Notes under the pieces: model-generated | Database searches by the model: none | What the model was told of the DNA's origin: nothing | Seen by the model: only the letters and a program-made list of their open reading frames with translations | Program-made: the position numbers and the translations under genes | Shown: in pieces, positions 9,933-19,039 of the stretch | How positions within the stretch are numbered: the first letter of the stretch is position 1 | How the letters are laid out: the number at the start of each line of letters is the position of its first letter | IMG/VR virus record: IMGVR_UViG_3300030406_003049 | Span: 30,948-94,947 of that record | Length of the DNA stretch: 64,000 nucleotides | Strand: one strand, 5' to 3' | From: a virus

Positions 9933-10198
9933 TATTCTTCCTCTCCTATGAAGTGTCTTAATACTGGTTGTTTCTGTAAAACAACTGCATTAGCGAATAC
10001 ATTGAAAGCATCAATAATATCTTGCGGCTGAACTCTTTTAGTCCCAACCGCATTATTTTCAATTTCAAGCAATAAGTAATTCATCATATTATTAAGAGAA
10101 ACTCTAAGTTGTTCTAAACAACCATTAGACCATTCTCTTTTAGGATTAAATCTTTTCATTAAGGCTTTAATTTTTACATCTGTTATTATTTTACTCAT
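9932..10198 (-). CDS. Histone-fold protein
   Basis: IITDVKIKALMK (alpha1), WSNGCLEQL... (long alpha2), KRVQPQDI (L2/alpha3; cf. RKTVxxxDI). Confidence 0.6.
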   Translation of the reverse strand: MSKIITDVKIKALMKRFNPKREWSNGCLEQLRVSLNNMMNYLLLEIENNAVGTKRVQPQDIIDAFNVFANAVVLQKQPVLRHFIGEEE

Positions 10199-10295
10199 TG
10201 ATTAATCAACTCCAATATTACTTCTAGTGTTCCATCTCTATATTCTATGCAAAGGAAAGGTAGTGCCTCTCCGTGTCTTGTTTGTATAATTTCAT

Positions 10296-10493
10296 TCATT
10301 CTAATTCCCTCTCTAGTATTTTTAATAATAATTTAGCCTCCTCAACATTCAAGCGAATGCCTTTTCTTGATGGTTTGTCATTGACATACCACCGAACATC
10401 AAAGACTTCAATGTTCCAATAATTTCCACGCTTAACTAATATTTCTTCTGTTGCGTTTCGGGCTATTGTTCCCTTTGTTTCTAAATCGCTCAA
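10296..10493 (-). CDS. PC4/YdbC-like ssDNA-binding protein
   Basis: FDVRWY...KPSRKGIRLNVEE signature. Confidence 0.8.
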   Translation of the reverse strand: MSDLETKGTIARNATEEILVKRGNYWNIEVFDVRWYVNDKPSRKGIRLNVEEAKLLLKILERELE

Positions 10494-10909
10494 CTAATCC
10501 ACCCCTCTTTGAATTTCTTTATTTCTTTTAGACTACTGAAATATCTAGGAGTTTCTAGTTCATCTAATCTATTTACTACCCAACAAGCACCACCTAAAGA
10601 TGATATTTGCACTATCTCATATTGACCCTCATTGACTTCAACTACTTCTTTAGTTCCTATCTCCGGCACTAAACCATACATTCTAGTTAGTTCTTGGGAA
10701 ACATCTTGCATGTTCTCCATAACATATTTGATAATGTGCGCTCTTTGTATTGGTATCTTTGGTGCAACATCTATCTTTAGATTACCAGTCATATTACAGA
10801 CTACACATTTATTTCCTTTACAAATAGGACACTGAATCTGTGCTTTATGCGGTGCGGGTAAATTAACTGTTATTGCTCTTTTCTTCATTTCTCCCCACCT
10901 TCCAAACAT
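10490..10909 (-). CDS. Zinc-binding hypothetical protein
   Basis: CPICKGNKCVVCNMTG (DnaJ-like CxxCxG). Confidence 0.55.
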   Translation of the reverse strand: MFGRWGEMKKRAITVNLPAPHKAQIQCPICKGNKCVVCNMTGNLKIDVAPKIPIQRAHIIKYVMENMQDVSQELTRMYGLVPEIGTKEVVEVNEGQYEIVQISSLGGACWVVNRLDELETPRYFSSLKEIKKFKEGWIS

Positions 10910-10976
10910 ACCTTACACATACCGAACCTTCTAGCATAATACTTAGTCATATCTCTCCAACAATTAGGACATTTAA

Positions 10977-11633
10977 TCATTTATCATCACCCTTTACATA
11001 TTTATACCCTAACTTATCCATCAGTTCGGGCGACAAAAAATGTTCGGGCATGGCTCTTTGTTTTCCATGAGTAGGGTCGTTTACTATTCTTTCAGTAAGA
11101 GCAATAACATAGTTTTTTTCTTCCGGTGTTTTAGCCTCATCTAAACTTTTAGCAAGAAAATTTCGTGTATCTTCATGTGCTATTTCTGTATTAGGCACTA
11201 TATGTTGGTGTTTGTAGCCAAAGTCTAATTCATAATCTTCGGGATAAACCCATAAATGAAATTGATTGCATGTATCTACTAGTTTACTCATAGGAGGAAA
11301 AACCTCTACTGCCGTTCTTTCTTCACCGCATATTTCATTTTTCATCATTTGCATATCCCTCCAATCGTGGGCAGTATGGGTATTTCTAACATTTCTAAAA
11401 CATAACCATGTAAACTTGTTATTTGGGAATTGATGAGCAGGATTATTCGGATAATATACCTTAACGATATATTCATCATTACGCCAATACTCATCATATT
11501 CTAAACTGCTTACATCAACATCGGGGAAATATTCGCTTGTTAGTTCAAATCTAACCAAAGGAGTCCAAGCATTCTTTTTAGATTTCTTAGGTTTTTTAGA
11601 TTTCCTTTGTTTCTTGAAACTATTATATTTCAT
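10977..11633 (-). CDS. Conserved phage protein
   Basis: HDWRDMQ.MKNEICGEE..AVEVFP....LVD..N.FHLW motif, widespread in phages. Confidence 0.6.
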   Translation of the reverse strand: MKYNSFKKQRKSKKPKKSKKNAWTPLVRFELTSEYFPDVDVSSLEYDEYWRNDEYIVKVYYPNNPAHQFPNNKFTWLCFRNVRNTHTAHDWRDMQMMKNEICGEERTAVEVFPPMSKLVDTCNQFHLWVYPEDYELDFGYKHQHIVPNTEIAHEDTRNFLAKSLDEAKTPEEKNYVIALTERIVNDPTHGKQRAMPEHFLSPELMDKLGYKYVKGDDK

Positions 11634-11862
11634 AATGGTTGTCCTCCACCAAATGATAGTAGTGTCTTGCTAACTTTGCTTTGAAGGTTTTGTTGTTTCC
11701 TGCCTTTATTATATGATATACTTGTCTTTCATTAAGTCTAACTATTGGGTCTATTTCCATTTCTCCGATTTTTAAGAGCAGTTCTAAATTACATTTTTTA
11801 AACCAATATTTAATTTTAAAATCCACTATATCTTTTTTCTTAAATGTTATTTCCTTTTCCAT
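11623..11862 (-). CDS. Hypothetical protein
   Basis: 79-aa ORF. Confidence 0.5.
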   Translation of the reverse strand: MEKEITFKKKDIVDFKIKYWFKKCNLELLLKIGEMEIDPIVRLNERQVYHIIKAGNNKTFKAKLARHYYHLVEDNHYEI

Positions 11863-11864
11863 AT

Positions 11865-13382
11865 TTATTCCTCCGGTAATAATACTGCTACATCAGTAGA
11901 ATAGAACAATTGTGCGATAGACATAGCCGCCAAGAAACTATTTTTGGCTACTTTAACAGGGTCAAAAACTCCTGCCGTTCTTAGGTTTTGGGTGCTACCA
12001 GTTAGAGCATTAAAGCCCATGTCTTTCTTACCAAAAGAAACAGAAGGGTTATCTATTCCACTGTTTCTTTGTAAGACTTTCATTGGTTCTTGCATGGCTA
12101 ACTCAAACCACTTAGAACGCTTTTTGTCCATGTCCTTTATTGCTAACTTAGCGGCCTTTGCTAGAGTCAATCCACCACCAACAATAATACCTTCTTCTAA
12201 TGCGGCCTTTGTAGCATTAAGAGCGTCGTCTAATCTTTCTTTCTTTTCTCTCATTTCAATAGATGAAGAAGCACCAACCTTAATTGTAGCAACGCCACCA
12301 CTAAGTCTTGCTATTCTTCTCTTGAGTCTAAGTTTATCATACTCGTCTTGGGAATCTTCAAGTGTTCCTTTTAGTGTAGTTATTCTATTTTCTGTTAGTG
12401 GTCTATTACCTCCAACAAAGATTGTTTTATCTTTAGTAATAGTAATGCTATCACAAGTCCCAAAGGTATGTGCGTGTAGTTGCTTAGGGTCGTCTTTGCT
12501 TTCATCTGTATAGACTGTTCCGCCAACAACTCCTGCAATATCAGCCAACTCATCTAATTGAGCATCACCAAAGTTAGGTGCGGTAATTACTGCAACTTCT
12601 ATTGTCTTTTGTAAAAGATTCATAACTACATTGTTCATAGCATTACCTTCCATTCCTTTACAGAATATAACTAACGGTTGTTTATTATTAGCCGCATGTT
12701 CCATCATAGGTAATATTTCACTAAAGTTTCTTATCGCTAAGTTAGATAAGAAAATCAGTGGACTATCAAATGTGCATTTACCATCTTCACTATTAGCCAT
12801 TAAATGACTCATATAACCTTCATCAATCTCTAATCCTTTTCTTACCACAATTTCAGTGTTATGTGTTTTAGATTCTTCAACAGTAATAATACCATCACGC
12901 CCAACTTTATCAATTGCTTCTGCAATTAAAGAACCCAAATGAGAATCATTATTGGCCGCTATTGTGGCGATATTTTCAATATCAGTATCTTTAACTTTTT
13001 GCGATGCTTGGTCTAAATGAAAAATAGTGGCCATTTTTAATCTATCAATCAAATTATTAAATTGATGAGCATTCATTTCCGGTGCATCTAACATATTATG
13101 ACATAATGCTTGAGCAAGAATACAAGCAGTAGTAGTTCCATCACCGCTACCTTCTTGTGCCTTACTTGCTAAGTTTTGAACTAATTGTATTCCCATTTGA
13201 ACATAGGGGTCTTCATCACTAATATATTTTGTAATTGTGACTCCATCATTAATTACAACAGGTGGATTACCTTGTAATATAACTGTCTTGGCTTGTGGGC
13301 CAAGTGTGGGTTTTACTGTATTAGCAACAATGTCTATTCCTTTCAATAGTTTTTCCTTTACTTCTTTTCCGTGTATAATCAT
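11865..13382 (-). CDS. groEL: Group I chaperonin GroEL/Cpn60
   Basis: TLGP, NDGVTI, GDGTTTA, VGRDGIITVEES, APNFGD, EKKERLDDAL.AT.AA.EEGI..GGG, DPVKV. Confidence 0.95.
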   Translation of the reverse strand: MIIHGKEVKEKLLKGIDIVANTVKPTLGPQAKTVILQGNPPVVINDGVTITKYISDEDPYVQMGIQLVQNLASKAQEGSGDGTTTACILAQALCHNMLDAPEMNAHQFNNLIDRLKMATIFHLDQASQKVKDTDIENIATIAANNDSHLGSLIAEAIDKVGRDGIITVEESKTHNTEIVVRKGLEIDEGYMSHLMANSEDGKCTFDSPLIFLSNLAIRNFSEILPMMEHAANNKQPLVIFCKGMEGNAMNNVVMNLLQKTIEVAVITAPNFGDAQLDELADIAGVVGGTVYTDESKDDPKQLHAHTFGTCDSITITKDKTIFVGGNRPLTENRITTLKGTLEDSQDEYDKLRLKRRIARLSGGVATIKVGASSSIEMREKKERLDDALNATKAALEEGIIVGGGLTLAKAAKLAIKDMDKKRSKWFELAMQEPMKVLQRNSGIDNPSVSFGKKDMGFNALTGSTQNLRTAGVFDPVKVAKNSFLAAMSIAQLFYSTDVAVLLPEE

Positions 13383-13384
13383 TT

Positions 13385-13567
13385 TTATTCCTCCGATTCG
13401 CTATCAAATCTGTGTAGAGTCTCCATAGCCTCCATTATATGTATGTGAGCATGTATGAGGTCAGCAAGGTCTTCAGCCTCACTATCGCTTAGTTTATTTT
13501 CATCAACACCACTAACTCTATTCCAAAGTTCTATTTCAATCGGCCTTAGTATTTTTGTAAAATTCAC
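13385..13567 (-). CDS. Hypothetical protein
   Basis: 60-aa ORF between groES and groEL. Confidence 0.5.
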   Translation of the reverse strand: MNFTKILRPIEIELWNRVSGVDENKLSDSEAEDLADLIHAHIHIMEAMETLHRFDSESEE

Positions 13568-13776
13568 ACTTCCACCGCCATTATATCATCATAGTGGACT
13601 ACAATAAAATCCTCCACCTTAACATAATCTTTTCTTCCATTAAAGTGAACTATTTTATCTTTCAATTCCTTAAAGCGACTACTATGGACTCTACCTTTAC
13701 TGTTATTCTTAGATACAATATGGCCGTGTTTCTCGTCCATTAATTCAACCAATACCCAATCTCCTACTGCTTTCAT
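13564..13776 (-). CDS. groES: Minimal co-chaperonin GroES/Cpn10
   Basis: MKAVGDWVLVE...GRV...IVVHYDDIMAV; upstream of groEL; short mobile loop. Confidence 0.75.
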   Translation of the reverse strand: MKAVGDWVLVELMDEKHGHIVSKNNSKGRVHSSRFKELKDKIVHFNGRKDYVKVEDFIVVHYDDIMAVEV

Positions 13777-13910
13777 TATTCTTCACCATACCATTCTTTT
13801 TTATTTACTTCTTTTACTCCGTCATATTCATTACAAGTAGAACAAGACCAATAACCTAAATCATCGTCTGCTTCTCCTTCACAATAAACACAAATCATAA
13901 TTGTTGTCAT
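13776..13910 (-). CDS. Zn-ribbon microprotein (44 aa)
   Basis: Manual translation MTTIMICVYCEGEADDDLGYWSCSTCNEYDG...; overlaps the JAB stop and groES start. Confidence 0.55.
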   Translation of the reverse strand: MTTIMICVYCEGEADDDLGYWSCSTCNEYDGVKEVNKKEWYGEE

Positions 13911-14452
13911 TCTTCCTCGCCTCTATATTGTCTTTGCTCCATAGTAGAAACTACTCCGTTTTCATCTACATATCTAATTGTTAATAAATTAGGCTCGGTA
14001 TTATTCCAATAACCATAATGTTCTACACCGCCTAATACATAGGCTTCGTGCATTAATCCATTCCATGTATTAACTGTCTTCCAATCAACACCACTAAAGT
14101 AAGCACTGCCGAATGGGTGTGTATGAATCCAACACTTGATAGGTAATTTCATGCCGATAGGGGGCTTCATACCAAACTCAACATAGCCCGAAGAACCTGT
14201 AGTGGTATGACAATTATTATCACCATCAATAACTACTTGCACTTCTAAAGCGGGTAGTATTACAGTTGAAGCATACCAAATAGCCTCAAAAAAACCTAAT
14301 GCTTCAACATCTTGTTCACAATCCCATGCTTCTTTTATGTGTAGTTCTGCACTTTTTCTAGCATCTTCAATGCTTGACTCATATTCAACCATGTTTTCAA
14401 AATCTCTTATTGATTTACCATCGCCCATTATCAACCATCTCCACATAATCAT
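13907..14452 (-). CDS. JAB/JAMM (MPN+) metalloprotease, deubiquitinase-like
   Basis: Glu in ALEVQV plus WIHTHPFGSAYFSGVD = E...HxH-x7-S-x2-D JAMM motif. Confidence 0.85.
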   Translation of the reverse strand: MIMWRWLIMGDGKSIRDFENMVEYESSIEDARKSAELHIKEAWDCEQDVEALGFFEAIWYASTVILPALEVQVVIDGDNNCHTTTGSSGYVEFGMKPPIGMKLPIKCWIHTHPFGSAYFSGVDWKTVNTWNGLMHEAYVLGGVEHYGYWNNTEPNLLTIRYVDENGVVSTMEQRQYRGEEE

Positions 14453-14648
14453 AGTAAGCCTTCATAAATTTGTTAAATTCTTGCTTAGATACTTCTTGAA
14501 TAATAACTCCACCGGAAGTATATACTTTCAGTTCAATTATATCATATGTGCTATTATTCCAACTAATGTGCTGAATATTCTTATATCTAACACATGCTCT
14601 TCTCGTTTGTAAAACTCTTCTTAATACTGTTATATTTTCTCTTTCCAT
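14415..14648 (-). CDS. Hypothetical protein
   Basis: 77-aa coupled ORF. Confidence 0.5.
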   Translation of the reverse strand: MERENITVLRRVLQTRRACVRYKNIQHISWNNSTYDIIELKVYTSGGVIIQEVSKQEFNKFMKAYYDYVEMVDNGRW

Positions 14649-14809
14649 TTTTATTCCTCCACTCTAATTTGTTCCATCACAAGGTCTGCATTTTCAACAA
14701 TAAATTGTAAAATTACACTATGCAAATCCCTGTGCATTAAATCGTCTACATCTAGTTCCATGTTTATTTCTCCGTCTAACATTAATTTTATTTCTATCAT
14801 TTTTATCCC

Positions 14810-15367
14810 TCATACATTTATAATAGCGAATGAATTTACTCCATCACCGCTAAACCATCTTTGAATCCATTGTGCGCCCATAGCCGCAATAGCCATGTGC
14901 ATGAAATGTATTCCTTCTTGTGAACCGTCCCAAGATTCTCCTTGACAACTATATGACCCATCTTTACCCGCTAGTAAACTATCATACATTGATGGGTCGG
15001 CCTCATAAGAAACATAGGCCGCATTTCTACCTTGAGAACGCAAGTCTAACCACTTTATATTTGAGTTGTAAAGCATTCTTCTAGTGCTTAAGTTATCAAC
15101 ACAACAAACTACTAGGTCAAAGCCTTCAAGTTGTTGTGGTGTTAAGATAGGATATGGGCTAGAAATGCTTACACACTTATGTTTACCCATAGCCACAGAC
15201 TTATTTTTTCCAACTTCTTCTTCACTAAAGTTTTGATATGTTAGATTCTTTGTTTCTACTTTATCATCATCATTCACTTGTATTTCATACAAGTCTAAAT
15301 TATCTAAGAATGAAATAAGATAACTTCCTATTCCACCTGCTCCAATTACTAATATTTTTCTTTTCAT
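14810..15367 (-). CDS. ThiF/MoeB/E1-like ubiquitin-activating enzyme
   Basis: ILVIGAGGIGS, DDDKVETKNLTYQ, GKNKS, DLVVCCVDN...R; candidate catalytic Cys in SYSCQ. Confidence 0.9.
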   Translation of the reverse strand: MKRKILVIGAGGIGSYLISFLDNLDLYEIQVNDDDKVETKNLTYQNFSEEEVGKNKSVAMGKHKCVSISSPYPILTPQQLEGFDLVVCCVDNLSTRRMLYNSNIKWLDLRSQGRNAAYVSYEADPSMYDSLLAGKDGSYSCQGESWDGSQEGIHFMHMAIAAMGAQWIQRWFSGDGVNSFAIINV

Positions 15368-15573
15368 ATTTGTTCACTTCTCCATTCTAAAATTTCTTTG
15401 CATGACATTGTTGCTTCCGCAACTTGTCGTGCAAAAATCTTGTCCATTACTCTTTTACAAGCACTAACTTTCCTATTCAACTTTACAGAAATTTCTTCAT
15501 ATGTCATATCTGTATTTACAACCATGTCATATAGTTCATCAAATTCTTCACTACTCCATCTTCCTCTTTTCAT
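15364..15573 (-). CDS. Small HTH (Myb/GcrA-like) protein
   Basis: GRWSSEEFDEL...TYEEIS.KLNR..SAC. Confidence 0.55.
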   Translation of the reverse strand: MKRGRWSSEEFDELYDMVVNTDMTYEEISVKLNRKVSACKRVMDKIFARQVAEATMSCKEILEWRSEQI

Positions 15574-15703
15574 TTTTATTCCTCCTAATATTTTCTACTT
15601 TGTTCATTATAGCCACAATCTTTACATTGGACTCCTTCATAATTTTCTGTTTCCCATTCAAACATTGTTCCATTACATCTAGGACACATATATTGTCTCA
15701 TAT

Positions 15704-15913
15704 TCACACTTCCTCAAAAGTCATGTTAAAACCTTCATGGCCTAAAATTGCTTTTACATCAAAATTATCTATTAATTTAATGTCATTCATACTTACATTA
15801 TCTTGTAAGAACTGAATTATTTTTTCAACCATCGTTCCCTTTTTCATTTCATCTAAGACATAGAGTTCACCGTCTACATCAAAGGTTATATTCCATATTG
15901 TTATATTCTTCAT
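15704..15913 (-). CDS. Hypothetical protein
   Basis: 69-aa ORF with RBS. Confidence 0.5.
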   Translation of the reverse strand: MKNITIWNITFDVDGELYVLDEMKKGTMVEKIIQFLQDNVSMNDIKLIDNFDVKAILGHEGFNMTFEEV

Positions 15914-15916
15914 TTT

Positions 15917-16225
15917 TCATTCCTCCTCTCTTTTTTCTTTTTCTACTTTCTTTAAATCTTTACCGTGATATTTACTCCACGCCCTCACAAATGAAGACAT
16001 GATTATCGCTTCTGCTTTACCTTCGGCAAATAACTTAGGGTGTTCAAGACCCCTTCTTTTTGTTTCATCTATTACATTAAACATTAGATACATTGATTTA
16101 TTCAACCAACTTCTTATTTTGAAAGTTAGTCTATGAAGTTCCCTATCACTAATCCTAGTGATGGGTGTTTGTATTCCATCTTTATCTGTTATCACATACG
16201 CATAAGTTAATATATTATCTTCCAT
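15917..16225 (-). CDS. Hypothetical protein
   Basis: 102-aa ORF with RBS. Confidence 0.55.
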   Translation of the reverse strand: MEDNILTYAYVITDKDGIQTPITRISDRELHRLTFKIRSWLNKSMYLMFNVIDETKRRGLEHPKLFAEGKAEAIIMSSFVRAWSKYHGKDLKKVEKEKREEE

Positions 16226-16226
16226 T

Positions 16227-17078
16227 TTAATTTCTCCTTATTTCATTTATCTGTTTACCTCTCAATTGAGAGCATTGTTCATAACCAATCAAAGCCAACA
16301 GTTTCTTTGTGGTTAGTTTTATGTTAGAAGTGGCTACATTCGCCCTTTCTGCAATCTCTTTCTGTTTTATTGGGTGCAAAAACATATTTGCGGCAATCCA
16401 ACAAATGCTAGAATAGTAGACTGTTCCTTTAACACAATCAGTTTCTTGGGTTAAAGTTTCAAACACTTCTAAAACATCTTGACACTTTGAAGCATAATTC
16501 AAATCATCTGTAATCTTAGAAGTTATTTGTTTCAACATATAATTAGGGTCTGTCTTAACTTTGGTGTTGGTATTGTAGTATTTGTTTATTCTTTTAATTG
16601 CCCTGTTCAATGTCCTAGTATTACAAGAAAATTCCTGCCTTAATTGCTTTAAAGGAATAGGTGTCCTATTTTCTTTTAGAACATAATAAACTACCGCAGT
16701 TGCTTTTTCTTCAATTCCTAAAGTAGTTAGAACATTTTTTCTATACAAATCAGTATAGCATTCTTCAACTCTACTAGATAATGGGTGTCTAGGCATAAGT
16801 GTTGATAACAACATATTACACATTCTAAGCCCATTATCTAAATGAGTAGTGTTGCTTGCTATCCACTTGACACTTTTCTTATTTGAATCAACATGACTTC
16901 CTAATTTTTTCTTACCGCCATAATCCGGTGTGTGAACAAACTCTCCGCTTTTATCAACGGCTCTAACTGTTTGTTCAAACAATTCTGTTATTGCTATCAG
17001 CCCACAATCTACACAAGATAGTTCGCCTAAATTATCATTCATTTCAAAATTATTTCCTTCGCATTCAAGACACTTCAT
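16227..17078 (-). CDS. tfb: Transcription initiation factor B (TFB/TFIIB)-like
   Basis: N-terminal Zn ribbon CLEC...GELSCVDCGLI followed by two cyclin-like repeats (ATAVVYY...P..L; KQKEIAERANV). Confidence 0.85.
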   Translation of the reverse strand: MKCLECEGNNFEMNDNLGELSCVDCGLIAITELFEQTVRAVDKSGEFVHTPDYGGKKKLGSHVDSNKKSVKWIASNTTHLDNGLRMCNMLLSTLMPRHPLSSRVEECYTDLYRKNVLTTLGIEEKATAVVYYVLKENRTPIPLKQLRQEFSCNTRTLNRAIKRINKYYNTNTKVKTDPNYMLKQITSKITDDLNYASKCQDVLEVFETLTQETDCVKGTVYYSSICWIAANMFLHPIKQKEIAERANVATSNIKLTTKKLLALIGYEQCSQLRGKQINEIRRN

Positions 17079-18225
17079 TTAACTCAATCCTTTCATTTTC
17101 ATTTGGTTTTTCTTTAAGATGGCTTTTGAGCGTATTAACTCTCGCCACCGTCATATTATCATTCATAACTGCTAATGCTCTAGTGCAAAATTGGTCGCCT
17201 AGAGAAGAACCTCTAGCCATATTATCTATACAAATCGGCCCACTCCAATACCAATTTTTAGTATTGGTTTCTTTATCAAATGTAAATTGTCTAACAAAGG
17301 TGGACACCATTTGAATATCCGACTTATATTTGTTATTAGTTAGTTTCCAATCATAGTCATTACCTTTGATATACATTCTATCCGGTATTCCGGCTTCATC
17401 ATAGAAGACTTTGATTCTATTCGGGAAATTACTTACCATTTCAGCAACCAACTCTCTAGCCTTACTTTCTACAATTTCATCGGTTCTGTTTTGCATTAGA
17501 AACGCTTTCATCATTTTAACATCGGACTCTCTAGGTTCTTTGTCCATCAACATGCTATAAAGTCTCTTTAATCCGACTCTTCTAAATTTACTATTCTTTC
17601 TACCATGAATATAATATCCACAAAAAGACTGTAAATCTTTCATTGAGATATTACCCCATACTCCATCACCAATCTCAATAGCAAACATCTTATCATCTAT
17701 TTGAGCAACATTAAGTCTAACTTCCTGTCTATCAAAATCCTCATAGAAATGGTAAGGTATTCTATTTTCTAAAGCATACTTTACATCTTCCGGCAAACTT
17801 AATGAAGAAAACAAAGTCTTCATTAAAACCGTATTATCGTCAGTAAAGCATGATTTGAACAATACCCTAGATAGCGCACTAGCAATAGTTTGCACACTTT
17901 CAGTTTGTCCGTTTAATCGGTATTTACCATTCTTTCTTGAAAGAGCAAATGGACAGTCCTTAATCCAAATAACACCATCTAAATCTCCATCTCTAAATGT
18001 GCTACCACTAGCATTACTATATCCCCATCTAGTTACTCTAGGCTTTTGTAATATAGTCTTGAACCATTTTTTCATAGCCGATTGAAGGGGGTCTTTGTAT
18101 GACCTATCACTATATATTGTTTCTTGGCCTACTCCACCATGCCTACAAAGATTACTTCTAACCAATGTTTTGTATGATTTTTGTTGGTCGTCGGGCGACA
18201 TTATTCTTATATTTATTTCTCTCAT
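17065..18225 (-). CDS. Hypothetical protein; candidate E2/E3-like Cys acceptor of the Ubl system
   Basis: 386 aa; C-terminal WSGPICID resembles the E2 'G.IC' active-site strand but has no HPN motif; lies between Ubl and E1. Confidence 0.35.
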   Translation of the reverse strand: MREINIRIMSPDDQQKSYKTLVRSNLCRHGGVGQETIYSDRSYKDPLQSAMKKWFKTILQKPRVTRWGYSNASGSTFRDGDLDGVIWIKDCPFALSRKNGKYRLNGQTESVQTIASALSRVLFKSCFTDDNTVLMKTLFSSLSLPEDVKYALENRIPYHFYEDFDRQEVRLNVAQIDDKMFAIEIGDGVWGNISMKDLQSFCGYYIHGRKNSKFRRVGLKRLYSMLMDKEPRESDVKMMKAFLMQNRTDEIVESKARELVAEMVSNFPNRIKVFYDEAGIPDRMYIKGNDYDWKLTNNKYKSDIQMVSTFVRQFTFDKETNTKNWYWSGPICIDNMARGSSLGDQFCTRALAVMNDNMTVARVNTLKSHLKEKPNENERIELNEVS

Positions 18226-18229
18226 TTTA

Positions 18230-18397
18230 TCACATCATATATATTTTTGAATCTGATTTAGGCACACATTTTTTGTGCCTTTCTAATTTAATTTCTTCGG
18301 GCAATAATAGTTGCCCTCCGCATACACGGCATCTAGTAGCGATTCTTTTCTTATACGCTCTATGGCTACTAACATAGTTCGGGTCTTTTTCTTTCAT
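18230..18397 (-). CDS. Small CxxC...HxxC zinc-finger protein
   Basis: Likely start MKEKD after GGAG; RCRVCGGQL...ERHKKC. Confidence 0.55.
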   Translation of the reverse strand: MKEKDPNYVSSHRAYKKRIATRCRVCGGQLLLPEEIKLERHKKCVPKSDSKIYMM

Positions 18398-18716
18398 ATA
18401 AATTACTCCAATTTTTATTAAATTCACATATTTTACATTCTTTTTCACAATTAACATCGTGAAACTTGAAAGCCTCAAGTCTTATTGGGAAGTTTCTTTT
18501 TTTCCAACGAGTAAAGCCTTCATCAATAGCGGGTTCGTGATTCCACAATTCATCATTAAGTATTTGGTTCAATAAGTATTTCTTGTTCATTCTTTCAGTA
18601 TTCAACACATGAAAGAATTTTTTAATGTTATCGTCTTTTTCAAAGTTATCCTTAATATCATGGATAATAAATGAATATGCACACTTAGCATAGTCGTCAA
18701 TATCAAGGTCAAGCAC
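18369..18716 (-). CDS. Hypothetical protein (likely GTG start at 18716)
   Basis: GGTGA RBS upstream of GTG; H-x3-C-x3-C-x2-C near the C-terminus. Confidence 0.5.
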   Translation of the reverse strand: MLDLDIDDYAKCAYSFIIHDIKDNFEKDDNIKKFFHVLNTERMNKKYLLNQILNDELWNHEPAIDEGFTRWKKRNFPIRLEAFKFHDVNCEKECKICEFNKNWSNLYERKRPELC

Positions 18717-18729
18717 TATCTCACCAAAT

Positions 18730-18759
18730 GGGGAGAGGGTATATTTCAACCCTCTCCCC
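18730..18759 (-). terminator. Perfect 11-bp hairpin downstream of the Ubl gene
   Basis: GGGGAGAGGGT-N8-ACCCTCTCCCC. Confidence 0.6.
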
Positions 18760-18803
18760 CAAACACAATTCACAAGAAGATGAATTATCAACTTATTCCT
18801 TGT

Positions 18804-19004
18804 TTAGCCACCAACGATAGCAGGGGTCAAATCAACCATTTCTACCGTGTCCCAATTGATTTCGTTGATAGTTTCACGGCTAACCATTACACCATCAACA
18901 AAAACCCAATGTGTCGGGTGTGTGTCTATCTGTTCAATTACTTCACTTGCCTCAAGTTGCGAAGTGTAGTGTCCCATTTCGTTCTGTATTCTCAATTTTA
19001 TCAT
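18804..19004 (-). CDS. Ubiquitin-like (beta-grasp, SAMP/ThiS-like) modifier
   Basis: 66 aa; MIKLRI...WVFVDG...VDLTPAIVGG-stop, C-terminal diglycine; GGAG RBS. Confidence 0.85.
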   Translation of the reverse strand: MIKLRIQNEMGHYTSQLEASEVIEQIDTHPTHWVFVDGVMVSRETINEINWDTVEMVDLTPAIVGG

Positions 19005-19039
19005 ATCTATTTCTCCTGTTTTCTCTTCTTTTTAATCAC

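Noticed and set aside
14810-19004. Thiamine/molybdopterin biosynthesis (ThiS/ThiF, MoaD/MoeB) auxiliary genes
   Set aside because: No ThiG, MoaE, rhodanese or thiouridylase is nearby, and a JAMM protease is present. A sulfur-carrier role using host enzymes is not fully excluded.
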